A DNA stretch of 64,000 bases from Tubiluchus corallicola (lineage: Eukaryota > Animalia > Priapulida), in contig JAQGDQ010000011.1 in NCBI GenBank assembly GCA_030141605.1, forward strand, positions 300,441 to 364,440. Direction: 5' to 3'. The notes under the pieces were generated by a model. That model saw nothing but the letters and a program-made list of their open reading frames with translations, did no database searches and had not been told where the DNA came from. Shown in pieces: positions 23,304-37,100 of the stretch. Both the position numbers and the translations under genes were made by a program. Each line of letters begins with the position of its first letter. The first letter of the stretch is position 1.

Positions 23304-26300
23304 AATTTGCTATGCAAATTGCAACTTGACCATGAAAAAATGAAATTATGAAAGCTTTTTCTGGGCATGTACATTGTACAAGCTATCCTACCAAGTGGTT
23401 TAGGTAACCTGTGTTTTCATGTTGACCGTCTAGAAGATTGGAGCCGTTCCATCACAGTAGCTTCTTGTCAGTGTCTTATATGGGTTGAATGTTGCTTATT
23501 ATCACTGTGGTTTTCTGATTATTATTTTGTCATTCACCATTTGTAAGAAGTAGAAATTATAGGAAGGAACAAGTCACTTAGCACGTAGGGTTCATTTTAC
23601 TGTTGTAACTTGAACTTAGAAAAATATAACAAAAAAATTTTCACAGAAAGTGTCTATAAAATGTACTAAAAAGTATAAAGTTATTTTTACATATATATAC
23701 TACCGCTGTATAGGAATTTTTAGATGCAATGATAACTGCCATTCACTTGAAAATTATGGTGTAACTGGTGGACTTCGTGACGTTTCGTAACCTCATTGTG
23801 GTTTTCTGAACGCGAGTTGCTTAAAATAATTCTGCTGCAGCTTACCTAACGTTCATGCAAAAATATCACACAAATTAACTATCGAATTTTTTGTAAAAAC
23901 TTATACTTTTGATGGAAACTGACAAATACGCTACTTTTCTTCACTCTATGAATGATGTTATTGGCAGCGTCTAAGCGTGTAATGATCTCGACTTTAAAAT
24001 GATTTTACTAATTACACAATCGGCATAAATTAGCAGTCTGTTAAATTTTAAATCATGATTAACTCTTCGTATTCATGCTGAACAAGCCGAGTCTATATAA
24101 TCTCAAATTTTGACTTCTTGAGTACTTTTTTAGATCTTTACATGTTGTTTAATAAAGTCGATTTTGAGTACTTTTTAGATTCACCTGTATTGTTGAGTTA
24201 GGCGAATATAATGGATCTTGCCTATATTTCTAGATTTGACTGCACCTTTTAAGTCAGAACTTAGCAGTCAGTGGTAGGGTGTATTCATTGTATCAATGTC
24301 TGTGGCAAGACATGAATCTGGTTAATTAACAAGTGTGTGGCTCTAAACAGACGACTGAGGTTTGTTAGCGATGCAAATTAATATGCCACCGACGAGGTAA
24401 ACAGCCAGAATCAGTACCGCAAATGAAACCGACCAGAATGAGTATTGAACCCTATGATTTCCTTTCTGTTCACTGACCAGCTTTGGCGCTATTGTCAGTC
24501 TTGCCTGTGATCACTTGGCCATTCACCGTGCCTCAAAATTGCAGCAGTGAAATGTCACGGACTCGCCGGCTAAAATTACATTTCATTTTGTTTTCTCAAA
24601 TTATAGTAATTCAGTGTTTCCCATTCTCACAGACTTTTGACTTCTTTCCACGATGAAGTTGTCAAATTAGCAAATCTGTTGCCCTCTCTTTCTCGCATGT
24701 TTCGAATTCTGGATGCTGTGCACTCATGGTTTGGGTCAGGATCTCAAAAAGGATTGAGACAATGTAAACAGTCCCTGTTTTTCCAAGTCAAAATCATTCA
24801 CTAGTTTGTATGCGCTAAGTGTTTTTCCTACAGGGTTAAACTGCAAAAGGTAATCACTTCCACGCCGCCAGTTCTGCCAAATTGGTTTTCCCGCAACAAC
24901 AGAATTGGCGCATGTTGTGCAATTGCATTTTTCTTATGGTTGCATGGAGCAATATGGAAGCTTTTGGAGGAAAACGAGACATGTTTTTGAGTCTTGTGTT
25001 ACTTTTATAAAATGGATTCACAATATGTAAATATCTAATTTTGGTCAACAGACTCCACCATTTGCTAACTTGAATGACGAATGGTCATTGGCCAAGTGGT
25101 GTTCAAGTTTTTCTTTAAATCTTTCAAACAGCTATCCGAGTACCCTTTGCTTTGGCTCCATACTCTGATTCTGTCATGGTCTTGTTCTTGTCAGTGTGAA
25201 TCGATTAGGCTAAGAACTTTATTCTCCCTCGACTAACCACGATGCGAGATATGTGCAAGGTCCAAAAAGTATAACATTGGGAGATAAGCAACACTTGATT
25301 TAGAATTTCATACCAGTTTAAAAGGACCTGTGCCTGTTAATTTGGTTGATGTCCGTTTTGCAGGAAGGAGTTTTATCTCATATAACTTCCGGACAACATA
25401 TTGAAGATTGAAAATAATCCTGTTTGCCTTCAAAGTACCCCTACCTCAAGAGTTCTAAAAGTTCAACATAGGGGGCGGGGGCTTCAGCTTTTCATAAGGT
25501 TGTAGACTTCTGGCGTCAGACTAGCCTGTTTACCACATTATCCAAGATGTCGTAAGTTCTTCTGTGTACGCAAAATACGCCTTTCCGTCTCCCATGGACT
25601 GCTAAAATAACGGAATTGACAGACCACACAAGACAGTTTCTATTTTCTGCATCAGGGCGGTTGCGTTGGCTTTGGCCATACTTTGAAGCCAAGGTTTCCT
25701 GGTCGCGGCAGGTCAGCACGTGTGAGAGGGAGGAACGGTCCACACTAATCATCCCGTTTTAACACCCGAAGTTTCTATGCTAATTCGGCTTATCTATTGC
25801 TGGTTACTGCTGCTTATTATTAGGCTGTGCAGTGGCTTCAGGCCGTCCAAGCGTGAGTCATAAAACATGTTGGGACAGCGAATGCTTTTGGAAACGTGTT
25901 CAGTGTTTTGCAATGCCTGTTAAAAACTCGGGATTAGGGCAGCGTCCTTTCCACGAGTATCCTCGGGTTCTAATTTAGAAGATTTACAGCGGCTAAGATG
26001 ACACAGCTAGGGAAGCTAGAACCATCACTAACTGCGAGATCAGTTGCTTAGTTTTGTTGGGCTTGGGGAAGAGCAGCAGATTTTTGGGAGGAAGTACGCA
26101 TTTTTGAAATTTGTTAGTTGTAGGCGTTATGTGCCATGTTATGCTGCACCTTTCTTTGCCCTGCTTGCTCATCCAGAGTTCCTGAAGCGTTGGAAATTTT
26201 TATTTTCCTGCCAGTCTGAAAACTCTAATTCCTTCAGACAGCAAAGAAGTTCAAATCTATGTTATAGTCAGTAGTTAATTCATAATCGTAATTTCAAGAT

Positions 26301-28659
26301 TTTTAGTTAATGGAAATGAACCTGTAATTACCAGAATCATTAGATTTTTCAAACCAAGAAAAATAAGAAAATGTGAAAATAGTCGTGGCTGGGCCTTATT
26401 TGAACCAACAATTTTTAGATTATATGCCCAATGCTATTGCTACTACACCGCGCAGCACCTTGTGATTAAGGCACGAATTCAATTCTAATACCTCATTAAG
26501 ATTACATCAAACAATCTAACATTCTCAGGTGTCAGTCATGAATCCCAGTCAGTATTAATCACACTGCGTAGAGTAATTATACTAACAAAATGGGCTAATT
26601 TTCTGTAGCTAATTAATTTAGAGCCCGGAATAGTTTCAGAAATTTAATTGTTGGTTCGTACCTTTACTGATAGTTAGTTAATGGTCTGTTCAAGCTAATG
26701 TAATCGAAACAATGATCGTTTTGCCATGTGGCTAAACTAAAGAAATAATCAGTAGTTGATACCAGATATTACTGTGGCTTTATTGTACTGAGACTATACT
26801 AACATTTACTATGTATACATTGGACCTGCTTACCCTTGATGCTGTAAACTACATCAGTAAGTGACACCAGACGCTCATTACCCCTAGGAGGTCATAATTT
26901 GTTGCTCATTTAGGACAGTACTCATGCAGTGTTGGTTGTTTGAGAAGGTCGACCCATCCTTCCTACACTGTGTTACGTAATATACTGCTCAAGTGAAGAG
27001 TTGGAATGTCAGACTATAGAATGTGCTGCCTGTTGTTGCCTTACTTTTTGTACTAGTTTCTGCGCGTGCGTGGCATTTAAATCTGGAGTGTTCAGTAGTA
27101 TGAGACAACGAATTGTGCTTCTTATTTTAATTAGATTTGACACAAATAATTTTGTATAACTTGGTAGTAATAATATTTTTATTAGTTTAAATCTGTTAAT
27201 TTATTTCATCTGGAGCAAGAGGAGTAGCCGGATGATCATGACGTATGCTTGGCGATCATAGTTAAGCATCATTGTGCCTGATCAATCAGTAAACAGATGG
27301 ATGACTAGTGTGAAAATTGCTTCTTTGGTTTCGTTCGTTATGGTACCTGTATACACCCCCCCCCACCCTGTATGCACACGTATATAAAACATAGTAACAG
27401 CTAAACGTGTTTGCCAGTTTAGTTGTCGTTGATCCCTTGATAATGAGGCAAGTTCCAGTCCTACCGGACCAGCAGCATCGTGTGAGCCTTGCTGACATTG
27501 AATGCTGAACTCCAGCTTGCAAGGTGCTGAACTGAATAGAAAAAGGACATATGATTTTGTACACTATACTAGCTTATCTGTTGGTGTTTTGCTTACGGAA
27601 GTGTTTGTACATATGCTTGATGTGGTGTCAGAATTGTAATCACTGTTGTTGTGGTTGTCATCGTCAGGGTCGTCGTCGTCGCTGCTGCTGCTGTTCTTAT
27701 GTTGATGTAATCGTTGTTTTTCGTTCTTAATCTAATTGTATTTTGCCTTTAAATGACCTTCCAGGTAACCCGTTGAATAGTTCTGACACCGAAGGATTTA
27801 CGTTGTAGAATTACTGTACACGTGATTGGGCAGAAATTGGCGTTGTTTTTAACATTTTTTGTTTCGTTTATTCTGGCCGGCAAAAGCCAGTGTATGACGT
27901 CATCAGCTGTCTGAGATGAGCGTGGGAAAAACTCGGATGAGGATGCATAAAGTGCCGCAGAATGAGATTATAACGTTTTTCAAGTTCATATAGCTAGATT
28001 TATGGCTGGTGGTTTAAGATAGGGCAGAAAAACTGCTCAGAGCACGTGCTTTAAACTACAAGATAGTATATGGTTCAGGGAAAATGGTTAACGTTATGGT
28101 TACCAGTTCATACTCAAGGACTCGGAATTTGGTGGTCAATAATTTCTACCAGGAAACTGACCTTGTCACGAGACGGTGGAAAGCCATGCGTGCGAGCCAA
28201 GGTCTACAACAGTAGAATATACAAAGTGCGCATTCCCAAGCGACCCGAATGCAGAAAACGTTCTTGCAAGGTAGAAAACTGCGTTAGTGTGGAAATTTTT
28301 ACTGTAGTTCAAGCTCAACCCAAGCGTTTCTTTTTCTTTAGTTAAGGAAGTTGTTAAGTACTCGTGGAATTGAAAGGTTTCGTTTAGTTATGTTTAATTA
28401 ATTTACGATGTATATTGCTATTATGATATTGATACTGTTTTTACCATTATTAAAGAGAAGTATTTGGAGACCGAAACAGATGTGTCACGGTGTGTGCTTA
28501 GTAACGTAAACGTAAAAAATGCACTGGACCTATTAGTAAGTAGAGAGGTGATAAGGAAAAGTCGTTTCAAGTGTCTTCTGCCCTCCGTTTGTCTACGGAG
28601 GATGCCTATACAGTCGAACGTAGATAGATTCCGATCTTAGACACGCGATCCACATTAAC

Positions 28660-29200
28660 TTTTATTTATTTTATTTCACATTCATTAAAATATACATTAA
28701 AAAATAAACCATAAAACAATGAAAACAAGAATGTCGGGAGCGACATAAAGAGACAAGCTGCTTACATACGCCTATCGTACACAAGCCAGTTATCAAAATT
28801 CAAAAAATTCAGTCTATTTTTGAAAAGTTTAGAATTGCCTGCAGTGACCAAAGGTGCATCATTTACTGATGATAAGGAATTCCATACTTGAACAACACGA
28901 TTGGAGAAAAAACCCAAAACCTTTTTATTCGTTCAACGAACATACAGTTTTAGACTGTGGTTACTTTTTGGAGAAGAAAAACCAAAAGCTTTTTTATTCG
29001 TTCTACAAACATACAGCTTTAGACTACGGTTGCTTTTTGTCTTATCAGTGAGTGCTCTTGTAAAAAATTTTGCTTTTGTAAAAGAATTTAAATCAACATC
29101 TCTAGGTATTATCTTGCAACACATGACCAGATCGTTTACTAATCGTCTTTCTGTAACGCTGTCATGTCGGCCTAAACTAGGCCATGTCGTTGGGTATTGG
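28660..29200 (-). mobile_element. CR1-type LINE 3' fragment with an internal ~65-bp tandem duplication; 5' boundary approximate
   Basis: Minus strand reads ERRLVNDLVMCCKII...NHSLKLYV...FFSNRVVQVWNSL...FKNRLN (CR1 ORF2 end), followed by 3' UTR and AAAT-rich tail. Confidence 0.8.
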
Positions 29201-31038
29201 ACTTGGGCTTACAGATGGCTGAATTGTACTAAATTATGCTGCGTACTAACTGCTTTAGTTTGGTGTATTTCCACATATACGTACCTTGACGTCGTTTTTG
29301 GCGTTTTTTGTGACCATATCTTTTGGTCCAGCGCGTCCAATTTTTACTTTTCAAATATGATTGGTTGTGTCTTCCACACATGATCCATACTCCTGAGTGG
29401 CAGTTGTACAGTTTTCTTGTGGGTTAATTAACTTAGTCCCTTACATAAGGTTACGACAAGAAAGCTCAGGCCTTCTGGGAAGTTGGGCCTATCTCAATGT
29501 TCGCAAAAATTTTTAAGGATTTAGTAATAAAAGTGTGATAAACGCCTCGAGTAATTAGTAAAATCACATTGAAATCGCGATCGTTTCACGCTTGGGCGCT
29601 CCCATTTTCAATGCCAGTCAGGTAAGCTGCAGAAGTTGAATTACTTACGAAAAGTCACTAAGTACACCATGCAGTTACGTCATAATTTTCAAGTGAATGA
29701 CGGCTGTACAAATTAAATTTACGATTTATAGACAGATTTTTTCCAAATTTCTTTGATATATTTTGTTATGTTTAAGTGATATAGTAAAATATTACTAAGA
29801 CAGTAAAATAACGCAACAAGCTAAATGAGTTGTCCTTTCCTTTAACTTTTGGTTAATGATTTCTATGTACAGTGTACTTTCAGTTTGTGTTAGTTAGCTT
29901 CTGTAAGCGATCATTCACAATTGGATTCTCGTTCCTTGCGGGTTAAATTTTAGCAAAATGTTGCCGAGTGTAGAAAAACTCAAAGCTGTTGAAAAGTTAG
30001 AACATTCCTCGTTAGAAATTTCTCCATGCGCACAACGTGTATAACGAGAACATGTGCTGGCCAAGTTAAAAGGTCTCATGTCTCCATTTTGAACCGCAAA
30101 AACTGCCTACTTGATTCTGTACAGTCTGCTCTATGAAGAAGCGTTGTTTGTTCAGCTTGGAATGTAAATTATTTCTTTCAGTGTTTTCTGCAAGTAAGCG
30201 CAGAGGCTCAGTTTACTTTACTAAAATCTCAGTGAAAGAGTTCCGATTAGCCCTGTTTTCAAAACAAAGCCTAAACTATAACATGTGAATGCGCATAGCT
30301 TGCAGTTTTTGCCTACTATCATCATACAAACCGTTTTCTTGTTTAAATGAATTTGTGAATTACAATGTAAATGCAGGCTATTTACTGCGTGTGAAGTTGT
30401 AATTCAGTTAGCTACACTATCACCGCAGCAATTATACCATAAACTATGAAAGTGGCAAAGTGCACTAAAATTAATAAACGTCAACAGGCGTTGAATTACT
30501 ACGAATACGGTGATTAGAACTGTAACAATTGGGCTACTCCTCTCAACAGTAACCTGGCATACGTAACGCCAAAAAATACGAAATCTGCCGCTCAAACTAC
30601 GCAATTCCCTATGTAGGAACTAGGAACGCACAGTAAGAAGAGAGGGACGGTTACTATCGGCAACCCTGAGATGAGAACCCCAGTCAATAGATATAAAACG
30701 TTTATATATATATATTCTACAGTTTATACTAAGCCGCGACTGTGATATAACCTTTGATAAGTGGTGTGAGTTTTCGGAATATTAAGCCTAACCACACTTG
30801 AGGCAAAGTAACTTTCATAATTTTTGAATTGACGATGTTCTACATAAGAGTTGCTTATTTGTTTGGCTGAGATATGTTGCCGCACAGTCAGGTCTTTCTC
30901 AAATCTCTCTCTCTCTCTTTGTCCTCTGTTTTCTCATTTTACATTCGTACAATAGCTGCTGTATTTTTCAGGTATCAGCTGATGGGCTTCTTTCTCTGTA
31001 GTTTCTAGTCAGCTGCTGTGTATAGAAGCCGCACAAGG

Positions 31039-31114
31039 ATGTCTGGTTCACTCCACACTCTCCAACAAACTTTACTACTCGTCAGCGCTTGTTTATTTAT
31101 CAGACTAGAGCGAG
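31039..31114 (+). CDS. KIRREL: Kirre first coding exon (signal peptide)
   Basis: MSGSLHTLQQTLLLVSACLFIRLER, phase-1 donor GAG|GTAAGC matching the next exon; acceptor tttttcag at 30971. Confidence 0.8.
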
Positions 31115-34100
31115 GTAAGCAAGAAATATAGTATTTTTGCATGCCGATTTGTTGGTGGTAAGAGCGTTAACTTCCGGTGCTCCCGCGCATGTGTTCCTCC
31201 TCTGCAAAAGAAACCATTATGCAGCTGCCGGGCAGACACAGGAAGAACCAGAAAAAATGCCAAATTTAATTAGCGCTGATTGTTTGCGTTGTGTGTGTTG
31301 ATGCTAGATTGTTTATCGTGCAATAACTCAACGTAAAAACAATATAATGATCTATAGATGGGTGTGAAATTTTGCTATTTTTTGTGGTCAGTCAGAGATA
31401 TACATGATAATAATTTTGTTAATTCGGAGATACCTATTGCTAGTTGTATAATTCATGTCAAGTAAATCAGTAAAGGCTGCATTTTAGTCTAAAGTTCCGA
31501 TTTGTTAGGTTAAAATTTGTTTCTTAATTAGAATGAAAAGTTATTTTTCTAATTAGCCAGGGCACTGGCGCCTGCATTTCGAAAATGCATTTCACAAAAA
31601 ACAGGTACTGTACCACTCAGTTCAGATGTGTTAGTTTCGAGGACAGCAGTAAATTTGAAATTTGAATTTTTATCTTAAAACGCCTAGTTACAACACACGG
31701 AATATCTTACAGTAGCACTGTACTTCAATTTTCGCTTTTGCTAACACGTCTAACACGCTCGTGGAATATTTTTGCTGTTGAAAATTATGTTAGTTTGTGA
31801 TGTCATCAATAGTTTATTAAGTTTTTAATCTATAATTTAATTATCAGAAATGCTTTTGCAGTATCAATTGTGTTAAAACGTATACTTTTTATCCGGCTTG
31901 AAAATGAGGTAGTATATGAAAAACCATCCTGTCTTCCTTTAAGAGTTTTCTTTTTCAGTTACATACTTTCTTTTAAACAGGTAAGAGTAATACGAAGATA
32001 ACTTTGTTTGGAAAGTTTTTTGTGACATACTTTAAAAGTCCCTTTTCTTTCCCTTTAATCTTTATGTTTTACTGCTGTGTTATTTGTATTTGACCAAGTC
32101 GTATGGCAGCATATAAATTTTACCGCAACGTTCAAAAATAAAACAAGTAACGAGTTAATAACTTAGACATTCGACTGAGTGATTACTGCTGCTGTAGGCC
32201 AAATGTTTGGCGAGTTGGTCACACGTGCTAAGCAGATGTTTTGCTAAAACAGAGTTAACGATTTAGAAATATCGGACTTTAACACAATGTCTGGCTGTGT
32301 GAACGTAATTCTTTTGATGTTTTAAAATATTATGTTAAACTGTGTGTAACAATAATCTGATAATAATCTGATTAACGTATTAGTGTATTATAGTATTATA
32401 ATTATGTAATCACATTTCATTGCTGATCAGCCCTGATGTCAGGTATTTTCCATGTCTGCAGGTGCGATTGCTGTTCCAGTGTGGTCTCCAGTGTCTTCCA
32501 TGTCTGTAGATTCGTTTGCTGTTCCACTGTGGTCTCCAGTGTCTTCCATGTCTGTAGATTCGTTTGCTGTTCCACTGTAGTCTCCAGTGTCTTCCATGTC
32601 TGTAGATTCGGTGGTTCTTCCACTATGGTCTGTGGCTTCCTCCATGGAGACGGTCTTTCCGACTGAATCTTTCGTGCTAGAGTAGTGCGGGGTTAGAAAA
32701 TCTCCCGTCATTGAGCAGAATACTTTGTGCAGATTTTTCGACTATTGGTATTGGTAAAACAATGTTTTAATGATTTAGTTTTAATGAATTAAGAGTATGC
32801 AAAATTGAAGTACATTTGACCATTTGTGACATTTTTGACCGAGCAAGCTTAATAAAGTCAGCCACTTGTCACATTATTGTTAACGTAATTGCAAATAGAC
32901 CACACTTTTGTTACTTTCCTAGTTTCGTTTTAACCATAAAATGTCATTAGTGACCGGCTTAATCACCGGTAGTGACCGGTATCCATTAGACACGGTTATC
33001 AAGGAAGTCGAAGGACATGCACAATAGTTTGTGTTTTTGCCTAACAAAATCAACAGTAAATAAATTTTATTATCATCTGTTATCAGTCAATCGTACTGTC
33101 ACTAGTGCAACCATATTGAAGCCATACGGCATGCTTGATGTGTAGTAAAAATTCAAATTAAGCCTTGTTAGTTGCGCAACTAATGCTTTTACAGTTCACA
33201 CATGGAGGCTTCGCCCTTGGTCGGTTGCAAAAGATGTGTCATTATGTTTTAGTTAATTTAGAAAGAGTGTGTATATGTAAAACTGCACACAAGCACTTGC
33301 ATTTAAACCAAATTTTTTTACTAACAACTGGCGTACAACTTGTCACTTGGGAACTGTTATAATAGTTCACCGGTTGTAATTTGTAACCATGTTTTTTTAG
33401 TGGTTATTTTTCTAACTCGTATAGAACTTGAAATAAAAAGTTTTCCACGTAGCTTTCTAACTTAACTGTAATATTGTATGCAGATCAATGGCCTCAGGTT
33501 TCTTTCATTGTTGTCATTTAGTATCATAAGTGTTTAATGCTTGTCGTTTGCATCCACATATGGAAGGCATAACAAAAAAAGGCAGCCAGCATCTTAAAAA
33601 AATTCAGTGTAATGTGAATAATATAAAAGCAAATTATGGCAGCTAAACCCAGTAAAACAACTGTACTGACTATTAAGTAGTCATTAACTGGAAGTAAGGG
33701 CTTGCAGCTGGATGTGTGGTATATGTTACTGCAAGCAGTTATATTGTTCTTTTTAATTTATACTCAGTTTAAATGTTATTTCTTTCTTTGATCTCATTTC
33801 TCAGCAGAATATTTTTGTCATTATTTGAATTACACAAATTGAAGGCCAAAACAGGTTATTACTCTGAGGCTTGCAGTGCTGTACGTGTAAGCACACTGTC
33901 AAACCTGCACCTGCTTCCTGCACTTACCATGCACTTAGAAATAAGAGTGAAATCCAATCACTGCAGTTGATCACTAAGCTCCTTGTAACTAACCTTATCT
34001 TTTTTTTCTTTAAAGTTCGTGGGTTACAGAGATTTATGAGTGAACCAAGAGACGTGGACATCATCCAAGGTCGGACGGTCATCTTGCCTTGCTTCATACA

Positions 34101-37100
34101 GACTCCTCAAGGTCCAGTCCAGTGGACGGTGAACGAGTTCGGCCTTGGCCACGACAGAAGCTTACCTGGTTGGCCACGTTATTCCATGGTTGGCAATGCC
34201 ACTGCAGGTTAGTGCAAAGTTCATAATATTTTGAGACTAGTGAAGTTTGCTAAGTTTTGCTCATTTTACTGTGACCTTGACCTTCGAAAGTTTCAACAAC
34301 GTTCATATTAATGCCAGGAAGCAACCGCTCTGATGAGATGCATAAAATTATGAAAATTATAGTGTACTAGTTATTAAACATTAAATGTTCCTAGCTTTGG
34401 TCTTTTGGTTATATTTCGTTCACTCATTGTCAAGTCTTCAGTCACAGAAGGTGCAAAATTCATTTGGTCGTTCAGTTTTTGATCTCTTGCTTTCCTTAGC
34501 CGTCATCCCATTTTACATTTTTTCATTTTTACTCAGCTGTTTTCCCCCTCTGTAACATAGAAGACTGCATTACATTGAATAGAAAGCTTTTTTTAGTACA
34601 GAGTTAGTTCTTCAACACGAGGGCGGCAGTACATTGGGCATGTGGAGACGCGTGGTTCGGTCTTTTGGGCCTCACTGTAGTTATTTGTTTGTAATACATA
34701 GCAAAGCTCTGTATTTATGTCTTTTGCCTTTGCCTTCATTGTATGTACGGATTAATGGTAGCTTTCAGTTCTATAGACCAGCTAGAAGTGAGTGCTTCGC
34801 GTTTGTCACCTCAGCTTGCTTATATTCTGTTTTGGCAGCGTGTTGGTTTGATGGGTCGTAGGTCTGGGTCACAGAAGAAGAGCATATGTGCTATCAGGTT
34901 GCGCATATTATTATATTCAGCTTACACATCACAGAGCTAAATTTTTGGAGCTACACTTTGCTTAGGTGTTTGATAGCCTGGCGATTTGGTGGGCCGAGTG
35001 TGGGTCACGTCTGTGTGACCCGTTTGGTGGCTTTAGTTTATCTGCTTACACGTCACAATGCTGAACCTTCCATTTGGTCACTTCCCTGCAAGTTTATTAT
35101 TGCTATCTGTTATTTGCGCGAATGCCATAAACCATTTCATATACACGCAGTTGTATACTATTAACTGCTGATATAAACGTCCCACAGCCTTGGCATAAAC
35201 GTCCCACTATCAGGGGTGCGCGGGAATGCTGCTTGCGTTAAAATATACCGACGTTTGAGCATCTGATTAACGCAATTTAAGCTCATATTATTGGCAGATT
35301 TTTCACGATGCCTTTACAGCTGTCAGAGCGTGTGTATCTGTGTCTTCTGTTAAGTTTTTACGAGGGACACATGCACCAAGCAAGCGAAGCATGGATCTAT
35401 AATTTGGCGGATTAATTTCACGGGATTTGTAGGGATAGGGTTACGCGGTATGACAGTTATGTAAACGGTGATGAGGCACGTAGCAGCATGCTAAATAAAC
35501 GGCTCATGACATTGAAGATGTGTGTGAATCATTTAGATGAGCTTGTTCGTTTACCCAATCCGGTTTATGACCTTGTATTTTTGGCTATGCGACGACTAGG
35601 CTTATTTGCCTTCATCTTCTTTCCATGGTAAATGACAGAGACCCGTGCATGTCAAAAATTCAGCGATACTGAATTTAATGATTTTACTCAATAGTCAGCA
35701 GTTAGGTTTTCATTCATTTACTTAACAATTCAGTTAGCTGATCGGTTAGTCAAACAAGCAGTCAGTAAGCCAGCTGAGCCAGACAGCCTGAATGTTCATC
35801 AGTCAGTTAGTCCTTCCTCAGTTAGTTGTTGCAGCCTTATACTATTACTTAAGCTTATACCTGACGTACCTGTTGCTCATCATGGTATTTAATTAATGTC
35901 TTGGAGAAATTAGTAAAATTAGCTGCGCATATGGTCCATGTATGTGAGCTTAGTCAGTCAGTGCACTTTACTCATGCTCATTGTTCCTGCATTTGTTCCT
36001 GCATGACAAGAATGATGTAGTAACAGCACATAGTTATAGTGACAAAACCTACTAATACTTTGTGTAATTAATACAGTTTACCTGGCATTGAAAGTTTGTT
36101 TTTGAATCTTAAAGGAAAATAGGATAATTTTTCATATCGTACCCCATTTTGAAGTACACATTTTAACACCCATTCTAACACATTTTTATTGTGGCGAGCC
36201 CAAGTAGCGATGACGTCACAATGGAACATGATTTTCGACAACACAAACATTCCTTGAGATTGTGGCGAAAGCAAAAATTGAAGTATAGTGCTAGTGTACA
36301 ACATTCAGTGTGACATACAAAAACTTGACAAATTTTAAGTTTAAAATTTAAATTTCAAGTTTACATCAGCACTCATACATGATCTTTTGGACGTGTGCAG
36401 TACCTCACAACTGAGCACCTCTAAACTGAAAGGAACATCACTTGTTTTTCATGCAACGCTGACTGCAAATTTAAAGTTTATTGCAGCGCTCACACAATCT
36501 TTTGAACGTGTGCAGTACCTCACAACTGAGCACCTCAAAACTGAAACTAACGTCACTTGTTTTTCATGCAACACGTTTTCGAAATGCAGGCGCTAGTGCC
36601 TGTCTAACTAACTTATGGCAAAATACATGTAATAATGATGAACTAGCCACGCAATCACGATGTTTTACCATACTGTAGTAATTCATGTAATTCTTTCACG
36701 TAAGTTATTCTTGAAAAAATAATATTTTTCCTTTCAATGTTTTATGCGGTATATCGTTTTGAGCTATAGTTTAAGACCGAGTCCAATTTTCCTTTAATGT
36801 TTAGTATTTTAACTTATCCAAATTCTTGCACATGTACATTGCACATCTTACTCTATGGTAGTTGTAGAAATTTGCAGTTGTTAATCTCCATTAAAAGAGA
36901 TGACCTTATTTTGACATGAGATTACAGTCTACAGATTATCCATTTTATTTTGACAGGGGAGTACAATCTGCAGATCATAAACGTCCAAGAAGAAGATGAC
37001 GCTATATTCCAGTGTCAAGTGGGCCCCACACAGCAAAGTGCTGGTATGAGGTCCCGCAATGCTAAATTAAATGTACTCAGTGAGTATACTTAAATCTACA

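Noticed and set aside
25300-26100. GC-richer intronic block with a 78-aa ORF
   Set aside because: No recognisable domain, termini or second copy; cannot be called.
28901-29383. 160-aa plus-strand ORF
   Set aside because: Antisense shadow of the CR1 fragment and its internal duplication.
31959-31986. tttttcag|22 nt|gtaaga: apparent microexon or recursive splice site in a Kirre intron
   Set aside because: 31940-32058 is the reverse complement of the TTAA-flanked repeat end at 16508-16630, so the signals are repeat-derived and probably incidental.
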